Assembly: GCA_038896535.1 (NCBI GenBank)
Contig: JAWACY010000002.1
Location: 91,002 to 155,001 of the forward strand
Direction of reading: 5' to 3'
Length of the DNA: 64,000 nucleotides
Origin: Candidatus Anstonellales archaeon
GTDB lineage: Archaea; Micrarchaeota; Micrarchaeia; Anstonellales; J096
This document shows positions 58,095 to 64,000 of the stretch, in pieces; within the stretch, counting starts at the first letter, position 1, and each line of letters starts with the position of its first letter. A model generated the notes under the pieces. That model was not told the origin of the DNA. It searched no databases and saw nothing but the letters and a program-made list of their open reading frames with translations. The translations under genes were made by a program, and so were the position numbers.

Positions 58095-58852
58095 TTTCTC
58101 ATCTCCTCTATTGCTTTTTCTGTATATATTGCAACCCTTCCTGCATGAGTGCCTGGAGCAAGATGCTTGACTTTAAGCTCATCAATATTTACAGCATCAA
58201 CGCCTTTAATATTTTCTATAGCTTTTGCAAACTTCAATTCATCTTTTGCACAAACCAGTAATGCTGATTTAGGATATTTTTTATTTCTCCCTCTTTTTTT
58301 AGCTGCTCTCTCAAGTTCTTTTGGCATTATTTTACTTAAAAATTCCACAAATGTTTTTGTCTTTATCGTTGCTTTGTCCAAATTATTAAATGATATAATA
58401 ATGGGCAAATCAACATCAACCTTATGGCCCCTTGTAATAACAATTTCCCTATTAGCTGTTGCTGCAATAGCACTTCTCAATGCAAGCATATATTCTTTTT
58501 TATTCATTTTTTCTTCTATTTTTTTCTCAGGTTTTGGCGGATGTGCTCTTCTTCCCTTAACAGAGCTAGGAATGATCCTTACCCTGCCTGGAATGCCACC
58601 CCCATAAAATTCTCTTGGCCTCATTGCTTGCCCTCTATTCTTCAATGATTTATAAGCTTCTTTTCTTCCAACATAAGTTGCTGAAGTTTCCAGGCCAGCC
58701 CATCTATAAGCTCCTTTTGGCTGTCTTTCTTTGCTTTCCTCTGATATGACTGCTCTTGCAATAACCTCCTTTCTGTATGGAGTTGCAAAAATGCTTGGCA
58801 GATCAATTTCCTTGACAGCATTGCCTTCAATATCATAAACTTTTGCTTTCAT
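58082..58852 (-). CDS. rpl4: ribosomal protein L4 (uL4)
   Basis: The 256-aa sequence matches archaeal L4/L1e (KGAYRWAGLETSATYVGRKEAY...GGIPGRVRI). Confidence 0.9.
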   Translation of the reverse strand: MKAKVYDIEGNAVKEIDLPSIFATPYRKEVIARAVISEESKERQPKGAYRWAGLETSATYVGRKEAYKSLKNRGQAMRPREFYGGGIPGRVRIIPSSVKGRRAHPPKPEKKIEEKMNKKEYMLALRSAIAATANREIVITRGHKVDVDLPIIISFNNLDKATIKTKTFVEFLSKIMPKELERAAKKRGRNKKYPKSALLVCAKDELKFAKAIENIKGVDAVNIDELKVKHLAPGTHAGRVAIYTEKAIEEMRKWQE

Positions 58853-58872
58853 ATTATCATCTCATTATCATT

Positions 58873-59820
58873 TCATATTGTAAAGCTTGCATCTTTTATT
58901 TCCTTTAATGTTTGTTTTCTTATTGATAATCTAAATCTCAAAAGCCTCTTAACAGGGCCAGGCAAGCTACCTTTAATTATTATAGCATCATTTTTTAAAA
59001 CTCCATAATTTTGGAACCCGCCTTTTGGATTTATCTCTATTGCTTTTTCTTTTGGCAAAACTGCCATTACTAACTTATTTAACTCGACCCTTTTATGATA
59101 ACCAGTCTGCCCTGCATGAGGGACAGTATAAAATGTATAAGGCGGTTTAAACTGCCCCAATGTACCGACATGCCTTATTTTACCTGTTGCTTTTCTCCTC
59201 TGCTTGGCTATGCCAAATCTTCTAACTGGTCCTTGCCAACCTTTGCCTTTTGTTACTGCTGATACATCAACAAACATACCAGCTTTTAAAACATCTCCTG
59301 CTCTTATTTGCTTTCCTAAAAGGCTCAAGCCATAATCAACAGCTTCATTTAAATCATTTCCACCTATCCCTAGCTCAAGTTTCTCTATGTGCTTTTTCCC
59401 TATGCCAGTTAATGAAGGCATAGAAAAGCATAAAAGCCTTGCATTCTCATACTTGTCCTTTATTTCATTAATTTTGCTCGCTGTTGCTTTAACATTCTTT
59501 ATATTCATTAATTTTAATACATCTTTATTATCTGTTAATATGTCCTTGCAGTATGAATCTTTTATTAATCTTACTCCATATGCATATAATGGAGGTGCTT
59601 CAACAACAGTTGCTCCTCCAGCATATTCTATAAGCCCTTTCTTACCTTCTGCCTGCTCTAGCCATGTTGCTGTAAGCATACCAGCTTTATATCCAGCAAA
59701 ACCCAGAATAGCTTTTTCTTTAACTACTGGCCATGCATTAAATCCAGCATTCTCATTATCAGCTCTCTTTCTAGGCCTAAAAGCCATTGATCCTCTTCTT
59801 GGTTTTCTTATATCTGTCAT
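58873..59820 (-). CDS. rpl3: ribosomal protein L3 (uL3)
   Basis: GKGWQGPVRRFG and N-terminal PRRGSMAFRPRKRA. Confidence 0.95.
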   Translation of the reverse strand: MTDIRKPRRGSMAFRPRKRADNENAGFNAWPVVKEKAILGFAGYKAGMLTATWLEQAEGKKGLIEYAGGATVVEAPPLYAYGVRLIKDSYCKDILTDNKDVLKLMNIKNVKATASKINEIKDKYENARLLCFSMPSLTGIGKKHIEKLELGIGGNDLNEAVDYGLSLLGKQIRAGDVLKAGMFVDVSAVTKGKGWQGPVRRFGIAKQRRKATGKIRHVGTLGQFKPPYTFYTVPHAGQTGYHKRVELNKLVMAVLPKEKAIEINPKGGFQNYGVLKNDAIIIKGSLPGPVKRLLRFRLSIRKQTLKEIKDASFTI

Positions 59821-59924
59821 AAAACCACCGGTTGCCCTCTTTTGTTGAGGGTCCGCTATTATATTAAAATCTAAATATAGTTTAAGATAATAAATTTGCC
59901 TATCATTTTTTAAATATATGCTCT

Positions 59925-60240
59925 TTTTTCTTGCTTTTTTCTTTTTTCATTCTTTTTATTCTTTTTTTATCCATTTTTTATATTTTTTTATCCATTTTTT
60001 ATTGCTCTGATTATATCATCTTTATTATATTATCATGCTTATTATATCATGCTTATTGTTCTCGTTATTCATTCAGCTTTATTATTTCATTCAGCCTTAT
60101 TATTCATATCCTTATGCTCTCATCATCTTTCTATAATCCTGCTTCTAACATTCTCTCTACAACATTCTGCTCTCTAACATTATGCTCATATCATTCTCCT
60201 ATTTTATCCTTTTTCTTTTTATATTATCTGTTTTTTGCCT
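59925..60240. repeat. G-depleted (plus strand) pyrimidine-rich tract with nested short tandem duplications, upstream of rpl3
   Basis: About 315 bp with very few G on the plus strand. Adjacent imperfect direct duplications: tatccattttttat x2, tattatatcatgcttat x2, ttcattcagcYttattatt x2, ctaacattMtSctc x2. The plus-strand ORF 59931-60272 here is spurious low complexity. Confidence 0.6.
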
Positions 60241-60243
60241 TGT

Positions 60244-61092
60244 TCATTCTTCCTTTTCTTCCTTTTTGCTAATTTTCGGCATAAAATAAAATAAGTTTTC
60301 TGGCTTTCTGGAACGGAAGAATAAAGTGCTTCTCAGCATCCAGCCTATGAATCCTGACGGGTGCCTTTTGTCCTCAATATTAAAATGCTTAAACATATTT
60401 TTAAACATGTTGAGGTTTTTTTGATTGCTCTCATTTACCATATTCACAATGTTTTCTGTTACTATTATATTCCCTTTTTCTGCAAGCCTTTGTATCTTCA
60501 TGCTAACATTTATAGGCTTGCCTATTATATCATAATGTATTTTACTATAAGGTGAACCTATTTTAACAGCTATTGCATAACCAGAATCACAAGCTATGCC
60601 ATAATCAACTTTTTGCATGCCTAAATCATGCATTACATCGCTTATTTCATGCATTGCTCTTGATATTGCATAAGAGCATAGAAGTGTTCTCTTTATACTA
60701 TCCTCTATTTTTTGGCAAGGAAAAAATGATATTACGCCATCTCCAAGAAATTTTAATACATGCCCCCCAGCTATCTCTGTTAAACTGCCGGTTATATTAG
60801 AAAAAATTGATATTATGGCCGCAATGTCTTTAGCATTTTTCTCGTAACTTAGCTGTGTGAATCCTCTCAAATCTGTGGCAAGGAATGCGCAATAAAAAGG
60901 CCTTGATTTATGCGCATTCCAATAATCATGTAAAAAATTTTGTGCAGGGTCATTTGGCGGGCTGTTTATTTCTTTTTTTATCTTTGCTATCTTTGCTATC
61001 TGAATACCAACTTTTTCAGCTTTTTCTAATGTATCTACCTCTGTTTCTCTCTCTTTAAAAAACGGCTGGGCTTTTATATCCTCATTGGCCAT
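60244..61092 (-). CDS. class III adenylyl/guanylyl cyclase catalytic-domain protein
   Basis: FLATDLRGFT (metal-binding Asp), KFLGDGV (second Asp) and YDIIGKPINVSMKIQ (substrate/transition-state region) reproduce the class III cyclase motif order. K/E-rich C-terminal tail. Confidence 0.7.
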   Translation of the reverse strand: MANEDIKAQPFFKERETEVDTLEKAEKVGIQIAKIAKIKKEINSPPNDPAQNFLHDYWNAHKSRPFYCAFLATDLRGFTQLSYEKNAKDIAAIISIFSNITGSLTEIAGGHVLKFLGDGVISFFPCQKIEDSIKRTLLCSYAISRAMHEISDVMHDLGMQKVDYGIACDSGYAIAVKIGSPYSKIHYDIIGKPINVSMKIQRLAEKGNIIVTENIVNMVNESNQKNLNMFKNMFKHFNIEDKRHPSGFIGWMLRSTLFFRSRKPENLFYFMPKISKKEEKEE

Positions 61093-61572
61093 GCCAATAT
61101 TTATAGTTTAAGATTTAAAAATGTGATATTTTAACAGCAATAAATTTAATGACATAAAATTTAATGACATAATATTGGCAATATGACAATAATCTATAAT
61201 ATTTTACTATAATGTTTGCAATAACATAATAACATTTTGCAATGATATTGTTGTTAACTTATTTGAATGATCCACAACTTCACAACAAATCAGAAGTTAA
61301 GGATGGGACTGACGAAGAATTAAAAGAAAACTTAAAGATTTAAGTATGTTCTTCTTTATACCTATGCTAAAAGATTTATGAATAAAAGGAAATGAGAACG
61401 CTGCTTCTTAATTATTTCTTTAGTAACAGCGTGGCTGATATAGTTGATAAACAGAATATTTACATAAAAATCGTAAGAAAACACTCACTGATCATTCACT
61501 GATTTTTCATAATAGTGGATATGTTTACATCAGGCAATGAAGGGTAAATGAAGAAAGAGTGATGCTATGATG

Positions 61573-62763
61573 CTAATTGAAACGTTTTAGAGCAAGCTCA
61601 AATGCTTCTGGGTTTTTGTATCTTTCTGTTATTTCTTCCCTCGCTTCCTTTTCTGTTTTTATTCCTAACTTAACAGCAACAATAAGCCAGTTTGCTGGTG
61701 TGTTTGGACTTGTTATCTCAATAATTCTATGTACTAATTCTCTAAGTTTATCCACCATAAAAAGGTTTACAAATAAGTGCGCTCTTGAGCCTAGAGACAT
61801 AAAATCGCAAGGGTCTGGTTCAACTGAATTAACAAAGGCCAGCAGGTCCAGAAGTTTTTTTCGGTCTTCAAAAAGAGAACAATAGAAGTGGATGAACTGG
61901 TTTATGGAGACAACTGTAATGCCTCTTTCTAAGTCATATGCATTATAATTGCCTAGGTTTTCAACTTCTAATGGGTAATCATAGGTCTCGCCATTCTTTT
62001 TATTATGCACGTGTACATGTTTAAAGTAATCAAGAGAAAGAGCGCTTTCTAGCAATCGTTCTTCTATTTCCCAAGATCTAAAAATTCCATGGAATGTATC
62101 TACATCAATATAAACAAGTTCAGGATTATTTTTTAAGAACGCGGAGGTATAAGTTTTTTCTAAACCACTTGAAAGAACTGCTTTACTTGGTTCTAATAAA
62201 CATGGACTTGTTTCATCTATTATTATTTTCTCTCCTTTTCTTAATTGTTCAAGAGCCCAAATGACTTTATTGAATCTTCTGGTTGAACTTATTAACCTTA
62301 TTTCAAGATCAGAAAACGGGTCTTTTTCGTAGCTGTAAACCACAGGGATGGTTAAACTTCTACCGATACAATTTAAATCGCCTTTAATATTCTCTATTCC
62401 ACTCAGACCAGAGAAAAAGTATGGGAAAGCTGGGAGACCTTCTGTAAACGGAGCAAAAACAAAATCTATTGAGGAAGTTATAGAGTTTATTGCAGCTACA
62501 AAGTCTTCAGAATAATCCTCAACGAATAGAGCTTGCCTTACTGAAGTGCCAGAGAACTTGCCTAACTTTTGATAAAGGTCATTGAAAAAATCCATTCTCT
62601 TCGCATTCTCAACATAATTTTTTGGGCTATATTCTTCACAAATCATGAGTTTTGAGAAAGCCTTCTCAGGATTTTCTGGTAAAGAATTCTTCACCTTTTC
62701 TCTTAGAGTCTGAAGATACTTTAAACGCCTTTCTATTATAATGTCCGCAAACATATATATCAT
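61573..62763 (-). CDS. hypothetical protein (396 aa) in a compositionally distinct segment
   Basis: Uninterrupted ORF. GC visibly higher than neighbours (about 35 percent against 27 percent by eye). Contains an acidic D..D...E.EE stretch (VYIDVDTFHGIFRSWEIEERLLE) that could be a metal site. No family assigned. Confidence 0.5.
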   Translation of the reverse strand: MIYMFADIIIERRLKYLQTLREKVKNSLPENPEKAFSKLMICEEYSPKNYVENAKRMDFFNDLYQKLGKFSGTSVRQALFVEDYSEDFVAAINSITSSIDFVFAPFTEGLPAFPYFFSGLSGIENIKGDLNCIGRSLTIPVVYSYEKDPFSDLEIRLISSTRRFNKVIWALEQLRKGEKIIIDETSPCLLEPSKAVLSSGLEKTYTSAFLKNNPELVYIDVDTFHGIFRSWEIEERLLESALSLDYFKHVHVHNKKNGETYDYPLEVENLGNYNAYDLERGITVVSINQFIHFYCSLFEDRKKLLDLLAFVNSVEPDPCDFMSLGSRAHLFVNLFMVDKLRELVHRIIEITSPNTPANWLIVAVKLGIKTEKEAREEITERYKNPEAFELALKRFN

Positions 62764-63110
62764 TGTTTTAACTTTTCTCTTACTCTCTCAACAATATCTG
62801 ATTTAACTTCGCCGCCAGACCTAGCCATAATAGCCGGAATAGCAGCTCTTGTCGCTGCCTCTCTGAATCTTAAGTCGCTTGCCTCCCTAAATATGTCAAT
62901 TATTTCCAAAGGACTTAAATTAAGACCTTTTTCCTTAAAGAAAGGTTCTAACAAATCGACGAGTTCTCTTGATTTCATAGTTAAAAGACTATCTGGCTCA
63001 ATGTTTTTTGAAGATAAAAATTTTGTTAAGCCATTTACCAATTCATCTGCTTTTTCGCCAAACCTTCCTTTAAAAACTTCTTCAATACATTTTATTGCCA
63101 TATTTACCAC
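62760..63110 (-). CDS. hypothetical protein (116 aa)
   Basis: Overlaps the downstream 396-aa gene by 4 nt (ATGA), so a two-gene operon is likely. Same elevated GC. Confidence 0.45.
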   Translation of the reverse strand: MVNMAIKCIEEVFKGRFGEKADELVNGLTKFLSSKNIEPDSLLTMKSRELVDLLEPFFKEKGLNLSPLEIIDIFREASDLRFREAATRAAIPAIMARSGGEVKSDIVERVREKLKQ

Positions 63111-63170
63111 AATATAATTATATGGGGGTAAAGTTTTTAAATATTATCGTTTTTGGCTGTTTTCAGATAT

Positions 63171-63322
63171 TGCCGCGGGTGGGATTCGAACCCACGACCT
63201 CCAGATAGCCCAAAGCCAAATTATAAATTTATAAATTAAATTCAAACATCATTGCATAAGCTCAGCACTCATAGATATATGCTTCCATGAGTCTGGCGTT
63301 CTACCAACTAAACTACCGCGGC
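63171..63322 (-). tRNA. tRNA-Met (anticodon CAU) with 79-nt intron at the canonical 37/38 position
   Basis: Exons give acceptor GCCGCGG/CCGCGGC, D arm GUUU-AGUUGGUA-GAAC, anticodon stem CCAGA/UCUGG with loop CUCAUG|A, variable arm AGGUC, T arm GUGGG-UUCGAAU-CCCAC, discriminator A. Intron begins GAAGCAUAUAUCUAUGAGUGCUGAG and contains CUAUGAG, which can pair with the anticodon-loop CUCAUGG for a bulge-helix-bulge. G1:C72 suggests an elongator or Ile2-type tRNA rather than initiator. Confidence 0.8.
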
Positions 63323-63373
63323 ATTATTTTTTATTAATGCAAATGATTTAAATAATTTTACACAAATCTAATC

Positions 63374-63961
63374 ATGGTAGAAAAAACACACGAAGCAATA
63401 AATATGCCTTGGGAAGATGAAAGGGCAAGAGTTTTTGTTAGCGACATAGGCATAATTTCTAGCAATGGTAAATATGGATATAACCTCATGTCTTGCGAAT
63501 GGACACATCAAATATCTTATAACCCAGCCAGAATTAGCATATCTGTAAATAAAGAAAGTGCGACACTTGAAAATATCATGGAGAGAAAATATTTTGGAGT
63601 AAATATACTAGAAGAAAAACAAGCATTGGTATCAAGCATATGTGGAAACATATCAGGAAAAGATGTTGATAAAATCTCTGTAATAAAAGCACTTGGCTAT
63701 GAATTTGAAAAGGCAAAATATATAGATGTATTATTATTAAGAGATGCTTTATTTAATGCTGAATGCAAAGTCATAAATATCTTAGATATTGGTGACCATG
63801 TGCTTTTTATAGGAGATATTATTGAAGCAAAAAGAAGGAATGGGGCTCCATTAATATATCATGCTGCATCTTATTGGAAAATTGGCGAAAAATTGAGCAG
63901 GCCATCAAAGGAGGAGGTTGATAAAATTAATGCAATCATAGAGAAGTTCAAGAAAAATTAA
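63374..63961 (+). CDS. flavin reductase-like FMN-binding split-barrel domain protein
   Basis: GYNLMSCEWTHQISYNPARISISV and GDHVLFIGDIIEAK match the flavin reductase-like domain family. Confidence 0.7.
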   Translation: MVEKTHEAINMPWEDERARVFVSDIGIISSNGKYGYNLMSCEWTHQISYNPARISISVNKESATLENIMERKYFGVNILEEKQALVSSICGNISGKDVDKISVIKALGYEFEKAKYIDVLLLRDALFNAECKVINILDIGDHVLFIGDIIEAKRRNGAPLIYHAASYWKIGEKLSRPSKEEVDKINAIIEKFKKN

Positions 63962-64000
63962 AAATGGCGATAAAATGGAAAATGAGAATAAAATAATTGG

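Noticed and set aside
59925-60240. Direct repeats upstream of rpl3 considered as a CRISPR array
   Set aside because: The duplications are adjacent with no unique spacers, repeat units differ from each other, and there is no leader or cas context. Reported instead as a repeat-rich leader.

Overview
This 64-kb window is AT-rich and densely coded, and its gene content points to an archaeon, probably a small-genome DPANN-type lineage (inference). The window holds roughly 75 genes.

Support for the archaeal call: archaeal translation factors aIF2-beta, aIF1A, aIF5A and aIF1/SUI1; Holliday-junction resolvase Hjc; GGGP synthase and a UbiA-family prenyltransferase for ether lipids; archaea/eukaryote-specific ribosomal proteins S24e, L15e and S3Ae plus an LSm protein; an archaeal class-III-signal pilin-like gene; a tRNA-Met with a 79-nt intron; two eukaryote-like ankyrin-repeat proteins.

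Housekeeping content: a minus-strand ribosomal-protein block at 51.8-59.8 kb (L3-L4-L23-L2-S19-L22-S3-L29-aIF1, then S15-S3Ae-NAC-L15e-aIF5A-S24e-LSm); SerRS, ArgRS and GlmS; tRNA-Ser(GCU) and tRNA-Pro(CGG) in addition to the intron-containing tRNA-Met(CAU).

Most striking region: a 12.8-kb, four-gene minus-strand operon at 17881-30680. It encodes three giant proteins (1318, 1264 and 1034 aa) and a 615-aa signal-peptide-bearing Cys-rich glycoprotein-like protein. None has a domain I can recognise. The first protein ends in a Gly-zipper-like hydrophobic membrane segment. A 728-aa repeat-containing Pro/Gly-rich protein flanks the operon.

Other notable items:
- an aIF1/SUI1 gene with no in-frame canonical start codon after a perfect AGGAGG
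- a Nudix-methyltransferase fusion overlapping a P-loop kinase gene
- a possibly frame-disrupted 434-aa gene
- a class III nucleotidyl cyclase
- a compositionally distinct two-gene segment beside the intron-containing tRNA-Met
- a 420-bp G-depleted, tandem-duplication-rich leader upstream of the ribosomal operon

No CRISPR array, integrase or transposase was seen.
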